Below, piece after piece: positions 25,414 through 41,436 of a stretch of 64,000 nucleotides of DNA. The stretch spans positions 248,001 to 312,000 of the forward strand of contig MU006090.1 in the NCBI GenBank assembly GCA_010093705.1, written 5' to 3'. Position 1 is the first letter of the stretch, and every line of letters begins with the position of its first letter. The notes below the pieces were generated by a model that ran no database searches, was not told where the DNA came from, and worked only from the letters and a program-made list of their open reading frames with translations. This stretch comes from Patellaria atrata CBS 101060 (taxonomy: Eukaryota). The translations under genes were made by a program, and so were the position numbers.

Positions 25414-28374
25414 CTATCCATACCGTGATCTTCTATTTCCGCGTCTTCCAACCGTGCCAATTTCTATACCACTTAATTCCTTACTAAGTGCCATCATATC
25501 CTCACTTCCTCTGTCTAGAGGAACCTTGGCTGGGATGGGAGGTGCACCTCCAGCTCTCACATAACCTGGGCTTCCTGTCGAGTATCCACTCGGGTTCTGT
25601 CGCTCTCGCAGTGGCTGCGACGATGTCTGATAAACTGGGCTCGAGTCTGTTGTTTGCCCATTGCGCTTCTGAAGCTTGTTGCGTCCTGAATGGACTGTTG
25701 AGGAAACACTGCTGATAATTCGGTCTTCTCTTTCTCGTTCTATCTCATGAAAACTCTCGCGTTCGCGACCACCAAAGCGTACAAGCGCTCTAGATCCAGG
25801 TTCGCGAGCACCGGTCAATTTTTCACGGTCGCGGACGGGAGTTGGTTTACTCTTTCCTTTGACCTCAGGTTCCGGGGCCCAGGTTTCTGTTGGAAGGTGA
25901 TCAGACGGATCGATAACTCGACCATCAAACCCTACAATCTTATCATCGGATAAGCTAACACTAGACTTTCCGGACGGTACTTCATACGGTAAACGAGGGC
26001 TTCTCTCGTCAGCTGAGTTCGGGATATACGAACTACCCGAATTAGAGGCGCTGTTAGAACGTATATTAGGATTAAATGTATCGAAGGAATCTGGAGAGAA
26101 CGGTGTTGATGATAGATTACGGCCGTCCGTAGATCCAGGCCGTGGAGAAACAGACTTGCGGCTGGGCATGCTTCGATGCGCTGTTCGTGACTCCCGAGGA
26201 GCAACAACCGGACTAACTGCACGAGGCTTGATCATGGGAGCAATTTCTTCTTCCCGTTCCTGCAAATACTGCGGTGGAGTAGAATATCCCGGTGGTCCTT
26301 CAATTGTTAACTGACTATAACGTAACACTGGGTCCCGTTGTGGGGACGTATCGTAGTTAGGTGGAGGTTCATATACAGGCGGTTGGTAAGCTGGTGAAGG
26401 GGATGGGGGTAAAGCAGCGCTTATACTCGTGCGACTCATACGACGGTGAGATTCTTGCGGGTCCCGGGGATTATATCCAGGTACGAGACTCAGGGGAGTT
26501 CCATAATGTTCTTTCAAAGGTGATGGGACCATATCATCCCGGGACGAGGGTCGCGGGAAATCTTCATAGGAGTTTTGCATTGTTTGTCGGACTAACCTAT
26601 GATCTGTAGATTGGGAACCAGGCGGATGAGAATCGAAATGCTGAGAATATTCCCGAGGTGAGTTTTCGTAGTGATGCCGTAGAACTTCGCGACTTCTTGC
26701 AATGTTCAATGGGGCTACTGTCATATCATCATTAGGTCTGTGGTGTGATTCGTATGGTATAATAGAAGCACCGCTTCTGTGTGCTGGTGGAGGAGGAGGC
26801 ACCGGATTCTCGTCTTCTACTGTTGGTTGCAAACGGAGAGCCGATACGCGATCATATGAGGGATCGTTGTATGGATTATATCTGGAATATGGCTCTTGTG
26901 AAGGTTGCGAATAATCTTCAGGCTCTTTTTCATAATATGTGTGCCTATTTGGGTCAACAGGCATCCCTGAACTGGAATATTGCTGATGTGGTGATGATTG
27001 GTAGCTATGATCATCACTTTGATCTTGTTCATGACCGCGGTCTTCCTGGTGTCGGTTATGGTAACCAGATCTATCATATATGGGCTCCTGAAATACATCG
27101 CGGTGGCCTACATCAGGGGCCGAGTACGAATGTGGTAGACTTGGAGCGTTAGAATAGCTCTCGGAGGGACGATATGCGGGACGGGATTGTTGATATTGGA
27201 CAGTAGAGGATCTTTGTCCCGCAACAGGGCGGTTCTCATCTTCTCTTTGAGGGAATGATGATGTTGAATTGTGATACGGAGGTACATGCTCGGTGACCCT
27301 ATCCCGTGGATTTTTATAGCCGCTGTGAACACGTGTTTCCTCATTTGGGTAGGAGTCCAGCACTGGGCTATGCGTCTCGTAGTGAGAATGTTGATGATGC
27401 GAACGGCGTGGTTGAGGTGAATTTCGGGATTGCTGAGCAGTTGAATGATCAGGTATGACCCTCTTCTGTTCTGATTGTTGCGAGTGTCCGTCTCCATATA
27501 TCGACCGTCGGCTTTTTGAAGGTATGTGCTCTGTCGACTGAGGGTACGATTCTGGTTGTGGCCGTGGGGTGTTCTCGAAGTCTCGCTGTCTAGTTTGCGG
27601 CACTGATGATGACTGGACGTGGTCCTGTTCTGAGTTTCGGGCATGAGAGGGAACGGTAGGATCGGCCGGTAATGGCCGTCTCTTGACTGGTGTCAACTGT
27701 CTCGGACCCCCAACTGTCCCCTGAAAGTCCTCTTGCGTAGTTCTGGAATGCTCCTTTCTCTTTGCAGTGGGCTTCTCAGGCTGAACCCTGGTATCATGGT
27801 ATGTCATCTCTATGAAAACTGTGCCACCATAATGTTCGTTGCCCTTTTGATCTTTAAATTTAATATCGAACCCGTACTTTATCTTTCTTCCGCCGGGAAC
27901 AAGGACTCTCTGCTTCGCTCTCTCCTGCTCTTCCTCTGGCTCCTCCGAGACGTCGGGATTGAGATCTATCGTCGCATCACCAATGAGTTCGGTTTTCCTA
28001 TCGTCCTTGTAGCATGCTAGATACAAATTACGATAATCCGCGGAGTCCCGCACTGTGAATTGAAGCGGATTTGTAGGAGTTCCCCCGGATTTGGGTTCTT
28101 GCTCCCTAAAAGAATAATTGTGAGTGGTTAAGTAACGAATGCGGAGTGCGAGAACTTACCATTGTGGGTTTTGACCGCCTCTTTGGTGAATTCCTGTTTT
28201 CTTTGCTTCTTTACCTAGTCGAGCGGCACAATATACATTTTGCTTCCCCATTGTTTTCAAATTCCGCAAATTTTTAGCTTTATAGATGACTAGAATGAGA
28301 CTTCCTATCTCGGGACCATCGACAGTCAAGTCTGCGTAAATCCCGGCCGAGGGTTTGAACATTTTGTTAGCCAT
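25414..28374 (-). CDS. Inn1/Fic1-like cytokinesis protein: N-terminal C2 domain plus long Pro-rich tail
   Basis: AKNL...GKQNVYCAARLGKEAKKT...GGQNPQW...DDRKTELIG C2 pattern. Intron 28159-28106. PxxP motifs RRPLP, PPPPPAH and PPIPAKVP; conserved-looking GRVIDPSDHLPTETWAPEPE and ALSKELSGIEIG. Confidence 0.85.
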
Positions 28375-28390
28375 GATTGGAAAAGGGACA

Positions 28391-28823
28391 ACGCGTCCAA
28401 GGTCTGACAGTATATTGTAGAAGGAAGAGTGTGAGAAAGCTCTCTACTAGCAACATTCAACGCCGCTGTAACTGTCCCAATGCTGTTATCTCATACTCGT
28501 CTATGAAGTACTCATCCGATGTTGTGGTCGTACTGTCGTAGTTTCTATGGGTCAATGAATGTAGTGGAAAGAATTCAGAGGAGGGATTGAAACGAAATTG
28601 AAACGATCGATTGGGGAATGATTTACTACAGCGATTGGAGTGATGTGAAGGGAAAGATATGCATGTCAAAATGTAGGTGCAAGCAGGTGTTTCTACTTTT
28701 GTTGTTTACTGATTTGCCTTGGTGGCTGGCGGTATCAACCCCCGATGGCTGGGGACGGGATGACGCGAGTGCACCAATCGTAGAGTGCCCCACCGCAAGT
28801 CCTCGGTACTTGTCTCCACGCGT
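28391..28823. promoter_or_regulatory. Candidate cell-cycle motifs upstream of the C2/Inn1-like gene
   Basis: MCB-type ACGCGT at 28391-28396 and 28818-28823; forkhead-type TGTTTAC at 28703-28709. These are short motifs and could occur by chance. Confidence 0.3.
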
Positions 28824-30386
28824 CGCCCGCGTCAAACTTCAAAGCCTCCCGTCACCTCCAACCACCTCTCAGACGATAAGATCAAGTTTCAGACTCTATA
28901 CTCTATACTCTAGAGAGAGAAATAAAAACCTAGATACTGGTATTGTCCTACTCTTAGGGAACATCAACCGGTTGGCAATCCATCATTACACTTTCCGGCC
29001 ATACTCATCTTCTGATAGGGTTACCATATTTCCTGAAATTCAACTTGTAAGTATAGCGTCTCCTGATAATCAGGCGCTACTGATTTCTAGCCGTAATCAC
29101 ATAGGTATCGTACACCATATAAAAGTCCAAGTACGGAGTACCCTAGTTTCGCAAAAAGTAAACAGATCACATTATCGTAGGCCAGTCGACCCCGTTCTAT
29201 GAAACCATCTGGCTCGCAGTTGAAAGAAAGAAGACCTCGCTCTATTAAAAATAGTCCGCTAAACGAGAAAAGCAATCTTGTTCCGAAGACTCTTTGAAAT
29301 AGCATGAACAGCTGTTGCTGTCCCATATAACTCTGTCTCCGTGTCATCCGGAAGACACAGCCCGGTAGACAATTTTAGCATCAGTTATTTGGTCACAGAT
29401 AGCTTTATAGATTTCGTTCTCTTGAATCAGACCCGTATCTACTGGTCTTCATGAACAGTGAGCACTGCCTCATGCTAACAGTGGGTCTTCCAACGATAAT
29501 ATATATTATGTCTGAAGGAATCTTCATTAGTGCTGTTTCAATTAGGGGCCAAGTTTCGGAACGACAGGTCTGTCTAAGAACATCCGATATCCGGATATCG
29601 TGATCGAAGAGTCTGTAGGTACAGTATTCCTGTTGGTTGATAGCCCTACTAGACAAAGCTAAGTAGCGACTACTATTATGAAAATAGTGCTTAAGGAGGT
29701 ACAGTACTCATGGTAATGTAGACGATTAACGAAGTTATACCCTCTGTACAGTATCTAGTTACGACTAGTACGTTAACTTCGCCACGCTTGGATCATACTA
29801 TGCAGAGTGCCAGGCCGCTGATGCGAGCTAGGTAAGGTTCTGGCGGATGTCTCGGTCGTTTACGATCTTGTCCAATGTCAACGTCTTCTATCATTCACGA
29901 CTCACATATTACGAGGAAAGTGGATTGTACTGTACGTATAGTACAAAATTGATTTTGTAAGGACATCAAGTTCTTTCTACCTGGTCGTGCTGGTGTACAG
30001 TTCATAAGTGCTTTAAGAATATGACGATCAAATTGTATTGACTCAGGTTCAGTTCAGCAGCACTACTACTGTAATGGAATTATGTATCAAGGCCACCTTT
30101 TGAATCTAATTCGACCTTAGTTCTCATCCCAATAACACGCTAACTATGAAGGATTTCTAAATTATGTATCTTTACCTAAACGAGATTGATAGTCTTGTGG
30201 AGCTAAATACCCCCTTGACCGATGCCAATCACACAAAAAGCTTCGATGCCGCCCAACTTCGAGGTTTCAAAAGAGTATTTCATTATACTTCTGTATATCG
30301 ATTTCGTTCGATCCTCAATTTTTAGTACACCATTAATTCTTAATACCCCTTCTATACCGTCTGTATAGACAGTTTCCGTGCTGAAA

Positions 30387-31458
30387 ATGATTCTCTCTTC
30401 TCTCAATGTACTACTCTTCATAGGCACAGTTGCCGCGGTCTGGAAGAAAATCCCCAGCGGAGGGCACGGAGGTCATCAACTATTAGGACGCGCCGATTGT
30501 TTGTTTGGAACCAATTGCGCGGAGTGTTGGGGTGAGGGCAATGTACCATGTGACTTCGACACTTGTTATAATCCTAGTGGTGGGGAGCAATGTTGTAATG
30601 GGGGTACTTTTTGCTTTGGTGATACTCCTGCTTGCTGTAGGAACGTAAGTAGCCATCTTTGCTGATTCATCACTATCGCATATTACGTCCAGCGTGGATT
30701 TCCTGAGAGGATATGCTAGATCTTGAGCTCCCGAATGACTGAGAACCCCAAGCTACAGAAGTACCATTTAGAGCAGTTTTTCTGACGGACAATAGGGCCC
30801 CGGGCTTTCCCTTGGAACAGCATTCGAGAGCATGACCGGATTCCCGTCTGGTTTCTCCCTTCCAACGACAGGATTCTTGGGTTCGGTATCTGTCTCTGCA
30901 ACGCTTACGAATTCGGCACCTACGGCAATGGCAACTAGTTGGGATTGTATGTCCGGAGATAGTGACGAGGATTGCTGTCAACGCGGAGGAGACGACTGGC
31001 ATTGGTGCTCTGGTGGTTGGCCTAATCGCGTCTGCTATCGTCCTGATGAAGGAGAGGTCTGTTGCAGCGACGACAGTGTCTGCAACACAGGTCCAGATTG
31101 CTGTTCTGGTAGAGATGCAGTTGCTACGACTCCTTCCCCCAGGCCTCCATTGAGCAGCTCCGACTTTTTTAGCTTCAACACCCCTAGCAGTCGCGTGCGA
31201 AGTGTATGTTATCGTAACTCAATATCGAGATCCGTTAACTAACAGTCTCCATAGCTTGAAACCAGCACGGAAGGTACTACGCGTTTGGTTGGGCAGACAA
31301 CCGAATCGAGCGAGATTGCCTTTACAGAAACCGAGTCTGAAGGAGCGACGTCTACGGAAGCAGAAATAGTCTCGCAATCGACTGGCGCTGCGGCAACCGA
31401 TGCGATCAGAGGCGCCGCTGCTGTTGCTGTTGGACTTGTTGGCATTGCTCTTCTTTGA
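30387..31458 (+). CDS. Secreted GPI-anchored protein with two 10-Cys modules
   Basis: Signal peptide MILSSLNVLLFIGTVAA. Introns 30645-30795 and 31204-31254. Two CYxPxxGExCC modules, an S/T/E linker, and GPI-type end TGAAATDAIRGAAAVAVGLVGIALL*. Confidence 0.85.
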
Positions 31459-32390
31459 AATATCTCACCCCCTGTTGAGACTTTAGCCCAGATACCCCTT
31501 CTCAACGATCCCTAAGTACTTATTATTTGCTAATATACCGCTGAATATTAAGAGTTGCACGCCGTTAATATAGCCCGACTGATCATTTCACATCATGCAG
31601 CTGCGCTTTTCTCACTTGTAATATTCTGTATGTGCGCCAGATATCGATTGTCTCCAGATGCTAGGAATCACAGTCGGTCACAGACAATTAAGTCATCCAA
31701 AACTTTGCGTCCGACATGATGTTCAAGTCTTCAGCAAATTCCTATTACTGCAGACTTAGGTTGTTTTGGTACCTTACTGAAGCGTCAAATGGCCTCAAAG
31801 GGATAACCCGTCAGGGACCCGAATAGAAGAATGACATTTCGGTTTGCTCGCACATTTCTTAGCGCTGGGACAGTTTTTGGAAGACTTGCAATTCACCTTG
31901 AGGTTTGAAATAGTTCTACCCGTACAGACCTCTGTCCTGTATAACGACTAGGTACACGTTATCTTTAGACAAGTGCTCTATTATGTCTCCACTTATGCGC
32001 CGAATCTATCAACTTGCCCGCCATCCAAAGTCACATATACGCCGAGGAGAAACTTAATTTTCGACGCAATCTTTTGCTCTAGATTGCGCCTTTACATATT
32101 CAAGAGAAATGCAAGAGCAAGATTTAACGTAAGGGCAAAAAGCAAACCTCAAGCTGCGAAAATTTGCAACTAAAGCTATTGGTGCTAGGACTAAAAGCAG
32201 AGCGGAACCCCACCACCAAAAACCTCCCCAACAAATCCATTGGTCCCTATGTAAATACAATAGCCGTAAACTACCTAGGATAAGCCTTCGGTGTATTTGA
32301 CCAAGGTACAGTAAATTTTTCCGGGGTCACGTTCTAATGTTTTCATTTTCTTTCTATTCTTCAGTGTTTGTGACTCTTACTTCGTTGTTG

Positions 32391-32418
32391 TACAGTACAG
32401 TACAGTACGGTATAAATA
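32391..32418 (+). promoter_or_regulatory. (TACAG)3-TACGG tandem directly abutting a TATAAATA box
   Basis: Repeat at 32391-32410; TATAAATA at 32411-32418, ending 52 nt before the ATG at 32471. Confidence 0.5.
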
Positions 32419-32470
32419 CTCCCTCTGCACGCATTGCTCATACGAGAAGCTGTACAGTATACGCATCACC

Positions 32471-34319
32471 ATGGCTGGCGACGATCTAAGGGAAGAAAGA
32501 GCGCACGACATCTCTATACCAGCTGGTCCAGGGTTGAAACAGAATGAATTCCATGAGGATAGGGAGGTTGGACAAGAAGAAATTGATGTGGCCAGGATTG
32601 AGAGGGTATACAAGTAAGTGGACTTATTTACCATATCTGATTCCAAACTTCAGATATTGACATAGATACAGGAAACTGGACCGTCGAATATTACCTGGTA
32701 CGGACTACCGACCCCTTTTGATACTATATGATTTTAACCCGCCCACCTAGCATTCTGGGTACTCTATTTTCTTTGCTCGGCCATTAGATCCAATGTTGGA
32801 CTTGCTCAGACTATGAACTTGAAAGAAGGACACGACCTAGCATCAGAACTGAACCTGAAACCAAAACAAGTCTCCACTGGCTTAGCATTGTTCTACGTTT
32901 GTTATGTCGTTTTCGATTTACCATCTAATCTCATTATGTCGAGACTTAGCCCACATGTATGGATGAGTAGAATAGTCACTGGAGTAGGGATCATTGGAGC
33001 CTGTATGGCAGCAATGAAAGCTGCTTGGAGTTTCTAGTAGGTTGGCACCACGCCTACATTTTCGTACTCTAGACTCTAACATAATCATATAGCCTCCTAC
33101 GTCTGCTCCTTGGTGTAGTTATTGCTGGAATGTGGCCTGGCATGTCCTATTACCTTACTCTCTTCTACCCTCCATCTAGAACAGGCAAACGAATTGGCCG
33201 CTACTTCACTGCTGCTCAGGTATCTGCAGCAGTTGTCGGGCTTGTCTCTGCTGGATTCCAGAAGATGGATGGTAAAGGAGGCCTTGTAGGTTTCCAATGG
33301 ATGTTTCTCCTTTATGGCTTAGTAGGCGTAATTGTGGGCATATCCTTATTGTGGTGGCTGCCGGATCGCCCTCTACCTCCAGGGGAAACGCGTTCGCGAA
33401 GTGGATGGCGTAAATTTATACCGGAAAGCAAGCCCGCCTTGACTGGAGAGGATGCTCGCATTCATTACGAGGATTTAACAAGAGTCTACCACCGTAGGCA
33501 ATGGACATGGAAGGATCTGCTGCACGTTCTAGCTGACTGGCGTATCTGGCCATTAACAATGATGTACTTCGGAGTCGTCGGTGTAGGCATCGGGACTCAG
33601 AACTATGGGACCGTGATCATTCGTGCCATCAACCCTGAACTCACAAGCATCCAGTTGAGCTTGTTGTTCGCCCCCATCTGGGTGGTGAGTACATGCAACT
33701 TCCTCCTTATATTTATGGCTTTTGACTGAACCTGACATAGATGGATCTGATCGCTATCCTCATCGTCACTCCCTTCTCCGATCGTTTTCATCATCATCGG
33801 GCTCTCTTCTTTAGTATCCCCGTACTTTTACAAATCACCGGGCTACTTATCACAACATTCGCAGGCAATGGATCAAGCTCGTGGGCCCGATACGGTGGAC
33901 TTCTTATTGTTGGCTTCGGCTTGGGACCCACAGTACCTATTACAATGACGTGGACCAATGAGATTTTCCAACCTCGACATGGAGAAGTGGGTGTAGCTGC
34001 TGCAAGCGCAGTGGTCTCTGGCCTGGGGAATCTAGGCAGTATTCTCACAACCTACGCTCTGTACACTGGATGGCCAGAGGACGCCAAAAGTGCCCACCCT
34101 TACCGGAAGAGCAACTTAGTCATGATAGGGATTTTGTGCGGAAGTATCTTGAGTGCAGGCGCCATGACTGTCCTCTTGAAGTTCTTTGGAAACCCTCAAG
34201 CAAAGAAGATCAGCAGTGCCAGCTCAACCAGCGAAGGAGAGGGTGTGATGATTGATGGGGCAGCCCGAAGAGAGGTTCAACAACGAGGGCTGGGTCGACT
34301 CTGGTTTTCGAGACGGTAA
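32471..34319 (+). CDS. MFS transporter, anion:cation symporter (Dal5/Tna1-like) family
   Basis: KLDRRILP, DLPSNLIM, YYLTLFYP, GFQWMFLLYG and WLPDRP motifs. Introns 32614-32671, 32698-32750, 33037-33092 and 33685-33740. Confidence 0.92.
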
Positions 34320-35188
34320 TGTGATAGCTCAGGAAACGTGAATATTCAGTTCCAGGTATGCAGGAAGGATGAGCTAGGGGTACAAGGTAACGTACAAAGT
34401 GTATTTGGAGGACTGCCATTGGAATTTGGTAGGGGTTCTGTCAAAGGCTAGAAATGAATGCATGCAACATACGGAATTCTAGTCACATAACTTGAAAATA
34501 TCACAAGAACAAAATAGGCTGAATATAATGAAATATAGATATCATTTTAGTTGTTCTAACATGTGCTTGTACAGTACTTTCGGTAGGGATCATGATGATA
34601 GAGCAGACCTACCCCTCCATGGCCGGAATCCCCGTCGATGAGTCTTCACTTCACCACGAAGCTCTCTCCGTCATTGCCGCGGCGTCTACTTCACATTCAC
34701 CAATTCCAACAGACAAACGGGTAGCTAGAATTATCGTCTACTGCCACGAACCGCATTCTCTTATTTACCATTTATGTACGCCAGCTCTTCGTTTACCGCG
34801 CTACTCCATCCACAATCTCACATCCTCCCCACTTTGTACTTCTTTACCGTTGTATCCGCGATCCTGGCATCAGGCATTTACCCACACCTGATACCTGAGG
34901 CCTTCAATCGAATGCACCTTCTGAAGGGGTTATTCAAAAATATCTTATCGCTGAATGTCGTAGGTTGATCAAGCATTCGCGCAGTGGCTTGTCCGTCTTC
35001 GAGCACAACCAACAACATCCACGCCGCTACCCACCTCGATATTTCTTTATTAGAGGCCTGTACTCGGTCAAGCATTGCGCCGCATCTTCATATCTCGACT
35101 CACCTACGAAATATTTGAAAACGCGCTGTGGTTATCTCTGGAGTTTCAATAACCGTCTTTATCCCGGGGCCTTCAGGCGTTGCTCGCC

Positions 35189-38010
<2,822 letters not shown>

Positions 38011-38720
38011 AGAGGGGAGAAGATTACGGATTCGAATAGGGTGATGTTCTATGCATGCATGGTCCTGAGTATTGGCGTAGGGTTTTTCGATCATGTACGC
38101 ACGGTAAGTGAATATTGGATGGGCAATAGCGGTCGTGCTGACACGGTGTTACCCCCTTTGAATGATTGCGGATTGATTTGGATCATTGAGGCTCTGATAT
38201 AGAGAGTAGTTTGATGGGTTTTACGAGCTGGAATTTGTGAAGGTCGGGTAGATCGCTTAGGTTACTTCTGAAAGCAGTTAGACGGATGTAAATTGTCTGA
38301 CAAGCCTGAGCTCTCAGCTCCGTCATTGATCAATGAAGACATCTATGAAGGATTGCATCACACTAGATAATTGATGTTTATAATTATTTCGCCAAGTCTT
38401 ACGCAGATAATTAAAAAAAAAAAGATTAAAGAAAGAGAAAAGAATCTGACCGGATACGAATGGATTGAGAACTCCAGCGAAGCATATGCGAAGCTACAGA
38501 CCGAGGCTCATACAAAGGAGCAAGGGCAGTCGGCTCTGGATTTTTAAGGCCGTCAGCAATCCTACACCAGGATCGGAGCTTGCCAGACCTCATGTAACAG
38601 TTATGGAAGCCGCTCTCTTACATCCCTTTCGATTTGTCCATCATTAATATAAAGCATACAATACCTCCTGATTCCTTAGAAGTACGGTATTCTATCAGCC
38701 TAAATCATTGCGACCTCGAT

Positions 38721-40519
38721 ATGTCGAAAGAAATACCCCAATTCGAGCATACTCATATCGACGCTATTCCCGGCATCGTCAAGGCAGCGCGCACAGCTTT
38801 CCGTTCGCATCGGACCAGACCGCTTGAGTATAGATTGAAGCAGCTTAGAAAGCTGTATTGGGCGTGAGTCCTCAAAGCGCCAATTCCCTAAACCTGTCGA
38901 CGTTCATACGGATGAGATATAGAGACAAAAGCCTGACAAATTTTGTACATTAGTGTTAGCGATAATGCGGACGCCATCATCGAGGCTTGCACGCGTGACC
39001 TTGGAAAGCCGGTTACAGAAAGTATCATGACAGAGGTTGGATGGGTGAAAAATGATATAGTCTTCGTTATCAATCACTTGGAGAAGTGGATGAAAGATGA
39101 GAAACCGGATGACATTCAGTTGACGCACAAGGTGGCAAACCCGAGGATCAGAAAGGATCCTTTGGGTACAGTCTTGGTGATAGGGTAACAATGCTCTCAA
39201 GCCGCCCCTTAAAGCTTTCACTGATTGTTGGATGAATACAGAGCGTTCAACTTCCCCATTCAACTTTCCCTTGGTCCCTTCGTGGGAGCAATCGCTGCCG
39301 GCTGTACCGGTATACTTAAACCCTCCGAGGGCTCTCCAAATGCTGCTGCCATGCTCCAGAAGATCGTGTCCTCCTCGTTGGACCCGGAAGCGTACGCCGT
39401 TGTTCAAGGTGCGGTCCCTGAAACGTCAGCTCTCCTTAACGAGAAATGGGACAAGATATTCTATACCGGTAGCCCACGGGTAGGTACTATCATCGCGAAG
39501 AAAGCCGCAGAGACTCTTACCCCTGTGACTCTGGAATTGGGCGGCAGGAATCCGGCAATAGTGACCAAACACGCCGACCCGCGGCTCACTGCGAGGAGGT
39601 TGGTATGGGCAAAGACGCTTAATGCCGGTCAATGCTGCGTCTCGCAAAACTACACCCTCGTGGACAAGGAAATCCTGCCCCAGCTCCTCGAGGAGATGAA
39701 AATCGCTCTCAATGAATTCTACCCTAGAGGCGCACAAGAATCACTCGATTACGGCCGCATTGTCAACACGCAACACTTCCATCGCCTGAAGAAGATGCTT
39801 GACGACAGCAACGGCAAGATTCTGTATGGCGGGACGATGGATGAAGCGACTAAATTTATTGAACCCACTATTGTCCAAGTTGAAAGCTCTTCGGACAGTC
39901 TTGTCGTTGAAGAGTCTTTCGGTCCCTTCATCACGCTCTTTCCCGTCACCAACCTTGACGAGGCCATTACAATCGCAAACGAAGTCTGTGACACTCCACT
40001 CGCGGTCTATCCCTTCGGTAGCAAGGCTGAAATGAAAAAAGGTAAAAAGAGTGCCTTCCACTTAGCCCCTTTGCTCGATTAGGAAAATAAAACTCACCAT
40101 CTGTAGTTCTCGACGAAACTCGGTCCGGGGGCGCCTCCCTCAATGACGGTTTTTTCCACGCCTGTTTACCCACCCTCTCCTTCGGCGGCGTTGGCAGTTC
40201 CGGTCAAGGCGCCTATCGCGGTAAAACATCTTTCGAGGCCTTCGTGCACCGTCGCTCCGTCACTACCACTCCCAATTGGCTAGAGAAGCTTTTGGATGTC
40301 AGGTATCCCCCCTTCAACCAAAGTAAGTTGCGGAAGTATCAGCAGATGAGCGATGCGAAGCCGGATTTTGATAGAGAGGGAAGGAGGATAGGATGGGTGG
40401 GGTGGTTTGTGGGATTACTAGGATTGGGGGGAGAGGGGAAGACCGGAGCGCTTGGGAGGTGGGTACTTTTGATATTGGTGTTTGTGGGACTGAAGCAGTG
40501 GAAGGCTAAATCTTCTTAG
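38721..40519 (+). CDS. Fatty aldehyde dehydrogenase (ALDH3/Hfd1-like) with C-terminal membrane anchor
   Basis: AFNFP, FYTGS, TLELGG, NAGQCC (catalytic Cys), EESFGP and FGGVGSSGQGAYRG motifs; hydrophobic C-terminus. Introns 38864-38953, 39185-39241 and 40042-40106. Confidence 0.93.
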
Positions 40520-41436
40520 GAATACTGCTTAGATTGGCGTTGAGAGGGAGTGTTCGATTCGAGAGTTTGGGTACCTCGGTTTCGGTTGTATATGGCGTTT
40601 ATAACGCGTGTATATTGCTATCTTTGTGTTCCTACGCGCTTTTGGGTAAAGGTCAAATTTACACCGTATGTGGTGTTTTGTGGCAAAGTTGAATCTGACG
40701 CTACTCGGTAATCCTAATAATACGACCATCTCATTGAGCCGTAAGCAATATCACTTTTCATTTTATAGGATTCTACCTATGCATGCCCTGGTTATAGTAC
40801 ATTAAAGAATATCTACGGGTTGGACCCGTCGGCTGCCAAGCATTATAGTCAATAGTTTTAAAAGCTGCGTTGCATTTCGTACTTCATCTCTAAGCATAAT
40901 TTATCATCTGAATCGGGAATGTCGTCTAATGACCTGCGCTTATAACTTACTATACCAGCATAATGAGGGATAGTTTGTAGAAGGAGGAGCTTTTTGGCCC
41001 CCAAAATGCCCATTCTTCCAACCGCCCAACAGGAACAGGTACAGTATACTTTCTCTCAGCCTTGCATTGCTGGTTCTTCAGCCTTTTACTTCTCTACTTC
41101 TTTATAGTCTCGTCTGCTCTTGAGACTACCTTAAATGCCCCGTTTAGATCTTCTTTTGTCGAGAATACGCATGATCCCCTTTTAATATTTCTTACTTTCG
41201 TAATCGGGTTGTCGGCTTCGCCAAGAAGTATCTCATCACCTACAATCATAACACCGACGTATGTATTCAGCTTAGCCTTATTCAAGCTTAGAAGTATTTA
41301 TTGTACTTTAGCTAGAATACTGCCTTTACTAGATGTGTTGACATCCTCTAGTCGGGAAGACGAAGTTAACACAAAGGCTACTTGCCTTGCGACAACAAGC
41401 GTTACTGCGTCATCAGCACCTTCAACGACTCCCACA

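Noticed and set aside
28618..29202. 194-aa plus-strand ORF upstream of the C2 gene
   Set aside because: No domain or coding-like composition; it lies across the probable promoter.
34592..34968. Possible uORFs or a 5'UTR intron upstream of SNF1
   Set aside because: The transcription start is unknown and the branch site is non-canonical, so neither can be supported.
41171..41185. Programmed -1 ribosomal frameshift at ATC CCC TTT TAA
   Set aside because: It does not fit the X XXY YYZ slippery heptamer in the zero frame, and no stimulatory structure is evident.
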